Shown: in pieces, positions 1-9,616 of the stretch
Position numbering within the stretch: position 1 is the first letter of the stretch
Layout of the letters: each line of letters begins with the position of its first letter
Source: a virus
Taxonomy: Duplodnaviria; Caudoviricetes
Virus record (IMG/VR): IMGVR_UViG_3300020050_009209
Strand: one strand, 5' to 3'
Length of the DNA stretch: 64,000 nucleotides
Notes under the pieces: generated by a model
What the model was told of the DNA's origin: nothing
Database searches by the model: none
Seen by the model: only the letters and a program-made list of their open reading frames with translations
Position numbers and translations under genes: made by a program

Positions 1-1
1 T

Positions 2-154
2 ACCGATCCCATGTGGCACAAACGAGGAACGATTGTAGCCCTTCGAGCCGGGACCACTTTGGTAAACGTTTTGTGGGATGGAGAGACTGAGCCTCGACCC
101 ATCCAACTTTCTTGTCTGGCCAAGCCTGGCCCCAACCTTCGATTTTGCGAGTAA
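2..154 (+). CDS. 3' part of hypothetical protein running off the window
   Basis: Open frame from base 2 (TDPMWHKRGTIVAL...LRFCE) ending at TAA 152-154, 4 nt before the next ATG. Confidence 0.55.
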   Translation, partial: TDPMWHKRGTIVALRAGTTLVNVLWDGETEPRPIQLSCLAKPGPNLRFCE

Positions 155-158
155 CAAC

Positions 159-404
159 ATGACACACAACTACGATCGAACAGCTAATAGAGACGAAGAA
201 CACAACCGTACTCATCGCCTCGAAGAACGTGCAACCAGGGAGTGGTCTCGGTTGGCTGGTGAGCCCGTACAGGTCGAAGACGTAGGCGGGACGTTGTACG
301 CCTTTGGTTCTGAGCTTGCTTGTCTTCGCCTCTGGTCCAAAATGGGGGTGGGGAAGGCTAAGTACAGCTCAAATCGCAAGAGCTGGTTCTGGAGTATGGA
401 GTAA
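159..404 (+). CDS. hypothetical protein
   Basis: ORF track 78..404; ATG 159 follows the upstream stop. Confidence 0.65.
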   Translation: MTHNYDRTANRDEEHNRTHRLEERATREWSRLAGEPVQVEDVGGTLYAFGSELACLRLWSKMGVGKAKYSSNRKSWFWSME

Positions 405-447
405 ATAGGTCGAAATCGACTGCAACGTAGAATTGAAAGGTACTTCA

Positions 448-1020
448 ATGAGTAATCTGGTTCGGGAGTTTCAGGATGCGTTGATTACCCGCAACGTGGT
501 TGCAGCGGTTACGGCTCGAATCGTTCAAGCCAACGCATTCGGAAAACCCCTCTACGGACATAAGGATGAGAACTCCGCTTACCTCGTGGAGGACTACCCC
601 TATGGGGCGAGGGCTCGATGCCGAATCCGGTACTGGCTTGAATTTAGCTCTTCTAAGGGAGCTAGGTTCGTGTCTCAAACGGAAGACCCGAAACGGCTTC
701 GTTGGAACGCACCTAAGAAGTCTACCTACATGCCATGGGGCGGAGCTATGTACCTTGACTCCAAGGAGCATGTTCAATGGACAGGGGTAGGTCAGTACAC
801 AAAGGACGAGGAGATGCTAGAGTTCGTCAAAGCATTTCCAGACTCTGATCTGAGCATCCTCAAGAAGGTGGTTCCGATCAAGATAAAGTACCTTATGCGT
901 CGAATCAGTGGAGACAGTGGTCTCTCCATGAATGGAGTGAAGGTCGAAATGTCCGAAGAGGATATTGGTGAGGCTCGAAAAGACCTTGAAATCTGGCAAG
1001 ATATTGCTAAGTACGTCTGA
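448..1020 (+). CDS. hypothetical protein, weak N-terminal VxxRxxxA tag
   Basis: ORF 433..1020; ATG 448 after GAAAGG; VVAAVTARIVQA near the N-terminus. Confidence 0.75.
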   Translation: MSNLVREFQDALITRNVVAAVTARIVQANAFGKPLYGHKDENSAYLVEDYPYGARARCRIRYWLEFSSSKGARFVSQTEDPKRLRWNAPKKSTYMPWGGAMYLDSKEHVQWTGVGQYTKDEEMLEFVKAFPDSDLSILKKVVPIKIKYLMRRISGDSGLSMNGVKVEMSEEDIGEARKDLEIWQDIAKYV

Positions 1021-1029
1021 GTACTCACA

Positions 1030-1641
1030 ATGAGTAGCGAACTTACAACTAAGGTGCTGACAAGGTTCTTGGAGGCCTCGAAAGACCCCTTGAGCTTCAA
1101 CAAGGTCGAGAAGCTCTACCAAACTGTCGTGCGTCTGACAAAGCAGATTCATGCAGCGAATGATGACAAGGTGGAGGCCCTTTACGGTAAGATCGAAAAG
1201 GCCGCTTCCGATGTCATTGACCTAGCAGTTGCTGCGCACAAGAGCGGTAAGTTAGACTCTGATGACGCTAGCGCTTTAGCTAAAAGCTTCAAAGAGGTCG
1301 AAAAGGCTATCGACAATGGGGAAGGCAACCCTAGTGCGTTTTCAGCCGCAGGGCTAAAGAAGGCAGTAGAACGGCTCTACGGGGATATGCATAGAGCCTC
1401 AGCTCGCACCAAGACGGCAAAGACCTCCATGGAGCCTCATGTGGTTCGGAGTGCCCTCGCCATGTTGGAGGAGATGAAGGAGGCTGAGGCCCGACTGCGA
1501 AAGGCAGTTCAGTTCTCCAGGGCTCTACGAATAGAGCCCTCCCTAGAGTGGATCGTCGACCAGTTGGAGGAAGCTCACCAGTCCTGTGAGGGCGTAGTGA
1601 AGACTACAGAGGACACTCTCGACTACTTGAACCGCCGCTAG
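1030..1641 (+). CDS. helical hypothetical protein with N-terminal KVLTRFLEA tag
   Basis: 203-aa ORF; N-terminal tag; internal RTKTA. Confidence 0.75.
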   Translation: MSSELTTKVLTRFLEASKDPLSFNKVEKLYQTVVRLTKQIHAANDDKVEALYGKIEKAASDVIDLAVAAHKSGKLDSDDASALAKSFKEVEKAIDNGEGNPSAFSAAGLKKAVERLYGDMHRASARTKTAKTSMEPHVVRSALAMLEEMKEAEARLRKAVQFSRALRIEPSLEWIVDQLEEAHQSCEGVVKTTEDTLDYLNRR

Positions 1642-2123
1642 TAGTCGTCCCATTCGCTACTACCATGCCCCCAACAGAGTGAGCACTCCATAGAGTCTGC
1701 GGGCTGAGGTTCATACCCTGAGCCTGAGCATCGAGTACAACGGCTGTTTCGATAGTACTTAATCTCCCTTATCGCACCATCCACGATGGCTTTTGAGGCA
1801 GACTCCTTATCGCCTACGACAAAAAATACCCCCTCTGGGCTTAGAGTGATGGTGATAAGATCGTCGTAGTTCGTGTCGGTGAGGCCATCTTTCTCCCAAC
1901 TACGGAACGCATCTTCGTCCTTGTAGACAAATAGCTCGGTAACGTCCCAAAGTTTACGTGGTATCGCAGACTGAATTGTGGTCAAGGCCCTAAGGTGGCC
2001 TTCATATGGAGCACAAGAGACTACACTTGCGTTGGGCCACTTCCTGACTATGTAGTTCAAAGCCTCTACTAGATCGTAGGGGTTCCTAGCTCCAAGAAGT
2101 TCTACGTCGAACCCACCAATCAT
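1638..2123 (-). CDS. hypothetical protein with C-terminal DnaJ-type CxxCxGxG zinc finger
   Basis: CTRCSGSG and CSLCWGHG. Confidence 0.7.
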   Translation of the reverse strand: MIGGFDVELLGARNPYDLVEALNYIVRKWPNASVVSCAPYEGHLRALTTIQSAIPRKLWDVTELFVYKDEDAFRSWEKDGLTDTNYDDLITITLSPEGVFFVVGDKESASKAIVDGAIREIKYYRNSRCTRCSGSGYEPQPADSMECSLCWGHGSSEWDDY

Positions 2124-2728
2124 GACGACAACCTCTTGGGGATGTAGCTCTTACGATGGGCTGGGGAAATCCCTAGTTCGCGTATAGCTTGTTCGTGTTT
2201 CGCAGTCCCATAGCCTACGTTCGTAGCAAAACCATATCCTGGGTACTTGGTATCCAACTCCAGCATGTGTTGGTCGTGTAGGTACTTACCGATGACACTT
2301 GCTGCCATGACTGCGTGGATTAGTCCGTCAGCCTTTGGGAGAGCGATGTGGAAGCTGGTTAGCATTTGGTTCTGCCCGTCAATGATCACAAGTGCTTGAG
2401 GATGGCTCCGTTGTAGCTCACTCACTACAGCTTGGTAGCAGCGTCGCAGAGCAACCGCTACTCCTACTTGGTCAATCTCCTCAGCTTGAGCCATTTCGAC
2501 TTTGAATGGCACCTTAAGGGTGTCTACAAGGTACGTGTAGAAGTGCTTGTGCTTCGACTTACTCAACTTCTTAGAGTCGTTGAGGCCTACCGGTGGAATC
2601 CAACTTGTGGGTACCGCTACTGCACACACAACAAGGGGCCCGGCATACGACCCAAAGCCGCACTCATCTGCCCCTAGTACCATGGTGTGGTCGCTTATCT
2701 GGCGTACAATCTCTGGGCTAAGAGTCAC
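2120..2728 (-). CDS. rnhB: ribonuclease HII
   Basis: GADECGFGSYAGPLVVCAV, LNDSKKLS, IDG, KAD..AASVIGK, GYGTAKH, HRKSY. Confidence 0.93.
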   Translation of the reverse strand: MTLSPEIVRQISDHTMVLGADECGFGSYAGPLVVCAVAVPTSWIPPVGLNDSKKLSKSKHKHFYTYLVDTLKVPFKVEMAQAEEIDQVGVAVALRRCYQAVVSELQRSHPQALVIIDGQNQMLTSFHIALPKADGLIHAVMAASVIGKYLHDQHMLELDTKYPGYGFATNVGYGTAKHEQAIRELGISPAHRKSYIPKRLSS

Positions 2729-2910
2729 TCAACGTCCCCTTTGAGCGTGTCTTCAATGAGAAGAAGCAGTTGCTCTGTAAAACTGTTATGGTTGTAGCCA
2801 GAGTTGGCTTCCCAGTCCCCCTCAAACTTGACTTCAAGCTCCCCCTCCCCATCAAGACGAACATCCTTGATAGAGCGGAGAATGTCCAGTACTTCCTTAG
2901 ATGTTTTCAC
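2725..2910 (-). CDS. hypothetical protein
   Basis: 4-nt overlaps with both neighbours. Confidence 0.6.
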   Translation of the reverse strand: MKTSKEVLDILRSIKDVRLDGEGELEVKFEGDWEANSGYNHNSFTEQLLLLIEDTLKGDVE

Positions 2911-3188
2911 GACTTACTTGCCCCACCTGGAATGATTCGCCCCAGAACAGCATCGGCCTGGATATCACTTTTACGTCGAGCCGCTTCCATGTCGTACAGG
3001 TATACAGGCAACTTGTAGTGGTTAGCCCACCACTGGCCTTTCTCGTCAGCCTCTTCTACGGTTTCTGCTCGTGCAAGAATGTGTCCAGGCATAACACAAT
3101 CCCCGAGAATGACAGCAAACCCTTCTCGGCGTTCCAGTTCTGGCATGGCCCATGACGGAACCACGATGATTTTAAGAGGGGTGTTCAA
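2907..3188 (-). CDS. hypothetical protein
   Basis: 4-nt overlaps in a minus-strand operon. Confidence 0.6.
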   Translation of the reverse strand: MNTPLKIIVVPSWAMPELERREGFAVILGDCVMPGHILARAETVEEADEKGQWWANHYKLPVYLYDMEAARRKSDIQADAVLGRIIPGGASKS

Positions 3189-3610
3189 GCCTTCTTCCCT
3201 CCATGAAGAGCTGGGCGTGTAGCGTTGTATTGGAACTTGACGGCAACTGCCTTCGCTACATTTACACCATGAGCCTCAGCCTTATCAAGGGCACGAATGA
3301 TCTCATCTGCAATCTCTTCCTCAGCGTTGTTAAGACTTGGAAGCCCAAGAGCTTCCATCTTCTCAGACTTATCGCAGGGGGTGTAGAGCTTCCCTGCTCG
3401 AAACGCCTCCCAGAACTCAGAAGACTCTCCATGTTGATTCGCAGTGTAGACCGCAGCACGAAGAGTTTGCCCAACAGGTCCAGCCCACTGAGCATTGGTT
3501 AGGTCCCCTCGTAGTTGGTCTCGGAATCCCTTGGTTTTTGCGTTCTCAGCCACAAGATCACGAAGGGCGTTGAGGACAGCAAGACTCTCTGGGGTGACGA
3601 TTAGGTTCAT
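3185..3610 (-). CDS. MazG-like all-alpha NTP pyrophosphohydrolase
   Basis: HGESSEFWEAFR, EEEIADEIIRALD, KFQYNATRP..HGGK. Confidence 0.85.
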   Translation of the reverse strand: MNLIVTPESLAVLNALRDLVAENAKTKGFRDQLRGDLTNAQWAGPVGQTLRAAVYTANQHGESSEFWEAFRAGKLYTPCDKSEKMEALGLPSLNNAEEEIADEIIRALDKAEAHGVNVAKAVAVKFQYNATRPALHGGKKA

Positions 3611-3615
3611 GTCGA

Positions 3616-3665
3616 GGTACTACACCAAAAAAAGTGACCCATCTCCTTGTTTTTGGTGTAGTACC
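3616..3665. promoter_or_regulatory. divergent pair of TTTGGTGTAGTACC motifs (perfect 16-bp inverted repeat)
   Basis: GGTACTACACCAAAAA 3616-3631 and TTTTTGGTGTAGTACC 3650-3665; each GGTGTA lies 10-12 nt before a divergent ATG. Confidence 0.7.
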
Positions 3666-3672
3666 GTAGAAC

Positions 3673-4509
3673 ATGCTGCGAAGCGGAAAAACATCAGGGT
3701 TCCCCTACTCTTTGTCAAGATGGACCGATCTCCCGAGTGGGAAGTGGGCCTGGTTCCTCGCAAACCTGACCAGAGGTTACATGCTAGCCTTTGACCCTAC
3801 ATCAGGGATCCCAGCTCGTTGGTCGCTACGACCAGAAGACACCCTTGGGCTTTTGTTCTGGACCAAGGACCCGAGCAATCTCATTCTGGATGCCAAGCTA
3901 CTCCAATCTTACAAGGTCAAGGTACACATGACTCTGACGGGCTGGGAAGAGGTCGAGAAGGGGGCTCCAAGCCTTCTTGAGGGTGTTGCCCTCCTTGCCC
4001 AAGCCGTCGAGACCTTCGGCCCAGAGAATGTAACCTGGAGGTTCTCTCCGGTACCCCTGGTATCGGATGTAGTTGCTAGGTTCCAACGCATCCTTGACAC
4101 CGCAGCTAAGGTAGGGCTAAGACAAGTCTACGTGTCTTTCCTTCAGGCGAATGACTTGGTACCCGAAACTCGAAGCAAACAGGAGCGCCTTGAGTTGCTG
4201 ATTCAACTAGCTGACCTGGCTCAAACTAGAGGGGTGAAGGTCCTTCTGTGCAATGAGGACAATCTTCTCTTGCAAACTCAGGAGACTTACAGTAACCTGG
4301 CTTCCGGAGTGTGTGTCCCTCCGGCTGAGTTCGAGCTTACCGGATCTCAACCACTTCCTTCCGAGGGTTGTGGTTGTGTTTTGACGGTAGACCCGTTTAC
4401 AGTCAATGAGTCCTGCAACCTAGGTTGTGCCTACTGTTACGCCGCAGACAAGTCTCTGACCCCAAAAAAGCGTAACACGACAAAGAAGAGTTTACAGGTG
4501 CTACAGTGA
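3673..4509 (+). CDS. DUF1848-family protein (radical-SAM/SPL-like, C-terminal Cys cluster)
   Basis: SRWTDLP, FWTKDP, WRFSP, CGC, CNLGCAYCYA. Confidence 0.85.
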   Translation: MLRSGKTSGFPYSLSRWTDLPSGKWAWFLANLTRGYMLAFDPTSGIPARWSLRPEDTLGLLFWTKDPSNLILDAKLLQSYKVKVHMTLTGWEEVEKGAPSLLEGVALLAQAVETFGPENVTWRFSPVPLVSDVVARFQRILDTAAKVGLRQVYVSFLQANDLVPETRSKQERLELLIQLADLAQTRGVKVLLCNEDNLLLQTQETYSNLASGVCVPPAEFELTGSQPLPSEGCGCVLTVDPFTVNESCNLGCAYCYAADKSLTPKKRNTTKKSLQVLQ

Positions 4510-4790
4510 TTACCCCCTTTCTCACTCCAGAAGACCTTGGGATCAAACTCGACGAGGATTCTGAGGATGTGAGTGACCTAGACTTTGAGCAGGCGGTATT
4601 CACTGAATCCATTGAGGAGTTCTCCAAGCTCCTATCCTTGCTCATCGAGCAAAGCAATGAGGATCCTTTCATTGTAGAGCGCTACTTCCCAAAGTACGCG
4701 CTAAGACGCAAATGCGGTGTACTTCTTTGTCGGGTGGCCGTTGGCTCCCGCACTCAACTATTTCGGATTGACTGGCTGCAAAACACCTAA
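4506..4790 (+). CDS. hypothetical protein
   Basis: GTGA overlap with the upstream stop. Confidence 0.6.
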   Translation: MITPFLTPEDLGIKLDEDSEDVSDLDFEQAVFTESIEEFSKLLSLLIEQSNEDPFIVERYFPKYALRRKCGVLLCRVAVGSRTQLFRIDWLQNT

Positions 4791-4803
4791 GGGGAAAATA
4801 CGA

Positions 4804-5160
4804 ATGCGAAACCTTCTTTTCACTCTCACCGTACTACTGATGACCACCCTTACAGTTGGGGCTGGAGCCGACCCAAGAGGAGGTCGAAAGACCTTCAGTG
4901 ACACTATTGGTCGGGGTATGCAACAAACGTATGATCTAGTCCTAAACGGGGATGAGACTACCATTGTCGAGATCAATGGTAATGGTCGTAGTGACCTGGA
5001 TTGCTTCATTTTTGATGAGAACGACAACCTAGTCGTTAAAGACGATGACTCGTCCGACCAGTGCCGACTTGCCGTAACTCCCCGCTGGACTGGGCACTTC
5101 ACCTTGATTATCAAGAATGTAGGTACTACCCATAGCACTTACAGAGGAGTTGCCTACTAA
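4804..5160 (+). CDS. secreted protein with PPC-like beta-sandwich
   Basis: Signal peptide MRNLLFTLTVLLMTTLTVGAGA; DLDCFIFDENDNLVVKDDD. Confidence 0.65.
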   Translation: MRNLLFTLTVLLMTTLTVGAGADPRGGRKTFSDTIGRGMQQTYDLVLNGDETTIVEINGNGRSDLDCFIFDENDNLVVKDDDSSDQCRLAVTPRWTGHFTLIIKNVGTTHSTYRGVAY

Positions 5161-5495
5161 TGAGTAATCCAAACGATTGTGATCCTTGCCAGACAGGTGA
5201 GGGGCCTCCACCCACGCTATGCGATGGGAACACCACGAATAACTGCTGGGTAGAGAATGGAATCTGCCTACTCGACTCTATGAGCAAAGAGCAGATTGTC
5301 TACACAATCGAGCACAACCCTTTGGCAAGAACCGACCTTGTCAAAGTGACGACATGTGAGGACATCCTAGAGCTACTTAAGGACATCCCCATTCTTCCAG
5401 CCGTCCAAGAAGACGACGCACAGCAGAAAGCGTTCAACAGCGCTGACTGTCTCCCCTTCTACACGATTTTTCGTGGGAACTTTAACGACAGATGA
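5160..5495 (+). CDS. Cys-containing hypothetical protein
   Basis: TAATG coupling to the upstream gene. Confidence 0.6.
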   Translation: MSNPNDCDPCQTGEGPPPTLCDGNTTNNCWVENGICLLDSMSKEQIVYTIEHNPLARTDLVKVTTCEDILELLKDIPILPAVQEDDAQQKAFNSADCLPFYTIFRGNFNDR

Positions 5496-5848
5496 GTAGC
5501 GCTAGAAATCAGCGGAGGTTGATCGGGAAGGGGCTTAACGCCAAGTCCAACTCCTCAAAGGGAAACCCGCTGGGTGGGTTAGAGGCTCTAAAGACTCAAC
5601 TAGAGCATCTTCTGTCCAATGTAACGCCCTCCTCTGCACAGGCTGCTCAGATTGAGGACTCCATCAAGCTCATCTCTACTTTTGCGGAAGACCTTGCGTC
5701 CCTCAAGAAGGAACACGTCAAGCAGCGAGCTGTGACTTTGGGGTTGTTCTCCAAGTTGAGTTCTCTGTCGTTTGAAGATAGCTTGAAGCTGGAGACTGAG
5801 CTAAGGAGTGATTACGATCATAGTCACTCAGAAGAGGATCATGAATGA
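5492..5848 (+). CDS. hypothetical protein
   Basis: ATGA overlap. Confidence 0.6.
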   Translation: MSSARNQRRLIGKGLNAKSNSSKGNPLGGLEALKTQLEHLLSNVTPSSAQAAQIEDSIKLISTFAEDLASLKKEHVKQRAVTLGLFSKLSSLSFEDSLKLETELRSDYDHSHSEEDHE

Positions 5849-6395
5849 CAACTCGAATAGACCTCCCAACTCAGAAACGATTGGGACCACAGGGCCCTCA
5901 AGATTGGTCCCAGTTGATGTCCACCGTGATTCAACGGGCTCAGGCCCTACAGGATCCGAGACTACAAGGGCTTCAGGAGGCAATGACCCTTGGGAAGGCC
6001 GAGCAAGCCCTTCGCCGAATGGGAATTCTAACCGAGGTAGACCTACTTCGGGAATTCCCGGACAACGACCTGTAGACCCCGCTCAGACGTTGTTGCAAGC
6101 ATTTGAGCAGGGCGACCCTGAGGTGGTGTATCAAGCTGCCTTGGATCTGAAAGTTGCCTACAAAGAAGCGATGCTGGAGGGGGCTAAGCTAAGGTTCAAG
6201 TTGAACTTCGGGACCCCGTTTTGCGAAGAGTGCGACGGGTTACGCGCAGGTCCTGGGGTAATTGCCACCTGCTTTCAAATTAAACGTTGTGATTACACGA
6301 GTTTGAAGGACGGGAATCAGGATCCCGACCAGGTTCGGCTAATTACCAGCTTGGTAACCAACTTACAGAAGTATGAAGGAAAACATGACAAGTAA
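5841..6395 (+). CDS. hypothetical protein, disordered N-terminus, CxxC
   Basis: ORF 5808..6395; GAGG before ATG 5841. Confidence 0.6.
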   Translation: MNDNSNRPPNSETIGTTGPSRLVPVDVHRDSTGSGPTGSETTRASGGNDPWEGRASPSPNGNSNRGRPTSGIPGQRPVDPAQTLLQAFEQGDPEVVYQAALDLKVAYKEAMLEGAKLRFKLNFGTPFCEECDGLRAGPGVIATCFQIKRCDYTSLKDGNQDPDQVRLITSLVTNLQKYEGKHDK

Positions 6396-7269
6396 AGACG
6401 AGCTATCCAAGCTATCAAAGCAGGACCTGATTGACTTCACCTTTGAGGTTATGGCCAAGGTCAGTCAAGTAGCTGACCTGCTTTGTACCCTCCCCATCCC
6501 AACCCATAAGGCCACGGAATCCGAGGTTCCTCCCAAGGTAGAGGTTCTTCCTAAGGTTGAGACTCCTAAGGTTGAGGCTCCTAAGGTCGAGGCTCCTGTC
6601 AAAGTAAAAGCAGAGCTAGGTAAGCTAGCTCTAAGTGCAGCCCCTACTGACATCCTAGATAGCTTGCAAGTCATTATGGCTCACACCACAGCGGAGGCTA
6701 GCCTTAATCCGGTGGAATGTCATGCGGCACTAGTAGACTACAAGTGGCTGCCTGATTGCGGAGAGCCACTGGCTCATATTCGCTACACGTTGGCAGCACA
6801 TCCAGAATTGTTTACCCGACTCCCAGGGTCAAGGGCCGAGTACTACCTGGCCAACAAGGGGGAGCTAAAGGCGATCAAAGCAGCGCTCCTAGCCAAGGAT
6901 GAGGCTACGAAAAAGAAGGGGGCTAAGAAGAAGAAAGCTAGTGCTCCACTGGTAGCTCAAACCCCGGTAACTAAGCTAGCTCCCCAGATAACCCCTACCC
7001 TGCCTAAGCTAATGAAAGGGCTAGCTTCGGAGGTAACTGAAGCTGCTTCTCAGGTAAGAGGGGCAACTCCCCAGATGACTGGGCTAGCTTCTCAGATGAC
7101 TTCACCCCTGCCGAAGCCACCCGTAGCTGCTCCACCCGTCCAAGATGATGACGACCCCATGGCTGCGCTGAGTGGCTTGCTGGATGAGGTGCCTGAGGGG
7201 CTTAAGATTGCATCCGAGATCGTGGCGACAACTACAGGAATACAGTCAACGAACAAGTTTCAGCTCTAG
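6385..7269 (+). CDS. Pro/Lys/Ala-rich protein with PKVE repeats
   Basis: ORF 6373..7269; repeated PKVE units around 6530-6610. Confidence 0.7.
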   Translation: MTSKDELSKLSKQDLIDFTFEVMAKVSQVADLLCTLPIPTHKATESEVPPKVEVLPKVETPKVEAPKVEAPVKVKAELGKLALSAAPTDILDSLQVIMAHTTAEASLNPVECHAALVDYKWLPDCGEPLAHIRYTLAAHPELFTRLPGSRAEYYLANKGELKAIKAALLAKDEATKKKGAKKKKASAPLVAQTPVTKLAPQITPTLPKLMKGLASEVTEAASQVRGATPQMTGLASQMTSPLPKPPVAAPPVQDDDDPMAALSGLLDEVPEGLKIASEIVATTTGIQSTNKFQL

Positions 7270-7291
7270 TCGCAAGGGGCCACAGCACGAA

Positions 7292-7326
7292 AAAGGGGAC
7301 AAGGGTTGCAGCACCCTGTCCCCTTT
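7292..7326 (+). terminator. hairpin, possible terminator
   Basis: AAAGGGGACAAGGGT / ACCCTGTCCCCTTT after the stop at 7269. Confidence 0.5.
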
Positions 7327-7341
7327 GGTGTATACATAGGC

Positions 7342-7701
7342 ATGAGTATGGTCAACTTAGGTCTTTACAATCAGGTACTTAGGCTACTAGAAGCTGAAAT
7401 GAGACAGTTTGTGTACCGGGTAAAGCTAAACGATGCCCCAGATATATGGGGTCCCATGCTTATCGTAGGGCAGTCCTTTGTGGACCAGGCCAGACAAGAT
7501 TGGGTTGAGAACGCCCTCCCAAGCCTTAAGCTCAGCGACCTTCACAAGGTTCTCCCTCTAGCTATACAGAGAGCACGAAAGTCCACGACAGACCTTCTAC
7601 AGGACCAGGTACCCGAGGTAAAGTCCCTTGTAGCAAACTTGGATTGCCCAATTGAGTACTTGGTATCGGTAACTATCTCTGACGGTGGGGCCTTAGGATG
7701 A
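7342..7701 (+). CDS. hypothetical protein
   Basis: ATG 7342 is 9 nt after GGTGTA (7327-7332). Confidence 0.65.
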   Translation: MSMVNLGLYNQVLRLLEAEMRQFVYRVKLNDAPDIWGPMLIVGQSFVDQARQDWVENALPSLKLSDLHKVLPLAIQRARKSTTDLLQDQVPEVKSLVANLDCPIEYLVSVTISDGGALG

Positions 7702-8183
7702 GAGTTGGAGACCTCTACCGAATAGACAATCAGTTGTGGTTGATCGCAAGCTACAACCCGAACGTTAGGACCGGTCAGGCGGTAAGTCCAACTCACGAGA
7801 GAATGACAATTCTGGACGAACCTGATTTGAAGCCTTTCGCGCACCCGCTATCGGAGTGGTATGTGCTTTTGGGTTCGGTACAGAAGAAGGCGGGCCCATA
7901 CACTCAGGTTCAGATTCCAGCGAGTAACGTGACTCTAAAGCCTCACGAGCAATGGGTTCAAGTCATTCCAGACTTAGATGGGGGTAGTATCCTTGTTAAC
8001 CCTAAGGTTACCCTACCCTATGGTACAGTACTTTTAGCTCAACGTGATAATGGGACTGGAGCTAGATTCACGGTACCTCTTAAGTGTCGCACCTTACCTC
8101 AGACGCAAGCTGAGACTCAGAGAGGGATTCCCAAGATTGTGACCAAGAGCAGGTTTGATCGTTTCCGAGACGGTGAGGAATAA
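7698..8183 (+). CDS. hypothetical protein with near-C-terminal SRFDRF tag
   Basis: 161-aa ORF ending TKSRFDRFRDGEE. Confidence 0.7.
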   Translation: MRVGDLYRIDNQLWLIASYNPNVRTGQAVSPTHERMTILDEPDLKPFAHPLSEWYVLLGSVQKKAGPYTQVQIPASNVTLKPHEQWVQVIPDLDGGSILVNPKVTLPYGTVLLAQRDNGTGARFTVPLKCRTLPQTQAETQRGIPKIVTKSRFDRFRDGEE

Positions 8184-8813
8184 ATGAAGCGGCACCTCCC
8201 TATCCTTGTGAGTAGGTCTGTAGGGGCGACTCAAAACGTACGCCTTGACCTTGCCTCGAAGTTTGAGATGCAGACCAGGCAAAAAATGACAGAGAGCGGG
8301 TCACGAGTGACCTGCACGGTAGGTTGCTCTAGCTGCTGTCACCATCCGATTCAGATCTCTATTTTCGAGGGGATTCTCATCTATCGCTGGCTAGTTCAAA
8401 ACCACAAGTGGACAACTAGACTGAAAGAGAAGCTCAAGAAGGTATCGGATCAACAGTATGGTACAAGCTTCGAGGTGTGGCTACTCTCCAACATCCCATG
8501 CCCTCTCCTAGAGGACAACAAGTGCTCTGTATACAAGGCCAGACCGCTAGTCTGTAGAGCCTACTTTGCTACGAGTGACCCCTACTACTGCCACCCTCAT
8601 CGACTTGGAGTCATGACCCAAATCGTATCGAGGGAGGAAGTGGTAGATGCCTTTAACGCTCAACAGGAGACTGAACTCCGTCAACACAAGCTGCAATTCA
8701 TGACTATGCCTATTGGGGCTGCTGTTTTGCTTGGGGCTCAAGTGTGCGAAGAAGGTCTTGAGCTAGCTAATCTAGATCGGCTAATCTACCAAGAGTACGT
8801 AGAGAAAGGCTAG
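8184..8813 (+). CDS. YkgJ-family (CxxxCxxCC) cysteine-cluster protein
   Basis: CTVGCSSCCH and CPLLEDNKCSVYKARPLVCR. Confidence 0.85.
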   Translation: MKRHLPILVSRSVGATQNVRLDLASKFEMQTRQKMTESGSRVTCTVGCSSCCHHPIQISIFEGILIYRWLVQNHKWTTRLKEKLKKVSDQQYGTSFEVWLLSNIPCPLLEDNKCSVYKARPLVCRAYFATSDPYYCHPHRLGVMTQIVSREEVVDAFNAQQETELRQHKLQFMTMPIGAAVLLGAQVCEEGLELANLDRLIYQEYVEKG

Positions 8814-8818
8814 CTGCT

Positions 8819-9118
8819 GTGAAAGTTACATGCGCCATATGCGCTCGACGTAGAGATGAGAGTTCCTGTAAGGCCATCCCTACTACGAAGGCAGACCGAG
8901 CCCAGTTGCTAAAAATGGGGGAGAAGACCCCTCAAGTGGTGTACCACTACTGTCGACCGTGTCTGCGCATACTAGAGAACCCAGCCACTGCACTCGACCT
9001 ACTTCGTGGTATGATGCGCATTTACGCTCAAGCTGCGGGGGCGTCAAACCCAGACCAGATTGCTAGTAAGTACAAGAGTCAACTAGCTGCGAAGATTCCA
9101 AGGCATAAGCCTTCATAG
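8819..9118 (+). CDS. hypothetical zinc-binding protein
   Basis: CAIC...CRPC. Confidence 0.6.
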   Translation: MKVTCAICARRRDESSCKAIPTTKADRAQLLKMGEKTPQVVYHYCRPCLRILENPATALDLLRGMMRIYAQAAGASNPDQIASKYKSQLAAKIPRHKPS

Positions 9119-9130
9119 TAGAGGAACCCA

Positions 9131-9616
9131 ATGAGTCAAGATGTCGGACGTATGATGGCTGAGGCGCTCAAGTCTCAAATGCCAAGCCTAAAAACTCAAG
9201 CTCAATTCACAGCATTTATGGTGACCTTCGACGCGTTTCGAGGGCTCATGGATGCAACCTTTTCTCTTGACCCCGCTCGTGTCGTAGAGTGCCGGGACGT
9301 GTTTGAGAAAGCACTTAAGGCGTCGAAAGACGTTACGGAGCTTGGGCTCAAGTTCGAGGAGGTACCGCCTGAGAATAGGGGTGTAGCTTCGGATGCCTTC
9401 ACTCAGCCTCCAAAGGAGTACCAAGAGTACGACATCCAAAAGCAACTCATCCTAGAGTTGGAGAAGATTGAGACCTTAGCCGAGCTGTCTAAGTGGTACC
9501 TAGCGACGACCACGTTGAGGAGTCGTGTTGTCTCTCAGGTACTTAGAAATGTGCTGATCGACATGATCCGAGATAAGAGGCTTCTTTTTGAGGCCGCTGA
9601 AAAGGTGGACTCTTGA
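9131..9616 (+). CDS. hypothetical protein
   Basis: GAGGA SD, 161 aa. Confidence 0.7.
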   Translation: MSQDVGRMMAEALKSQMPSLKTQAQFTAFMVTFDAFRGLMDATFSLDPARVVECRDVFEKALKASKDVTELGLKFEEVPPENRGVASDAFTQPPKEYQEYDIQKQLILELEKIETLAELSKWYLATTTLRSRVVSQVLRNVLIDMIRDKRLLFEAAEKVDS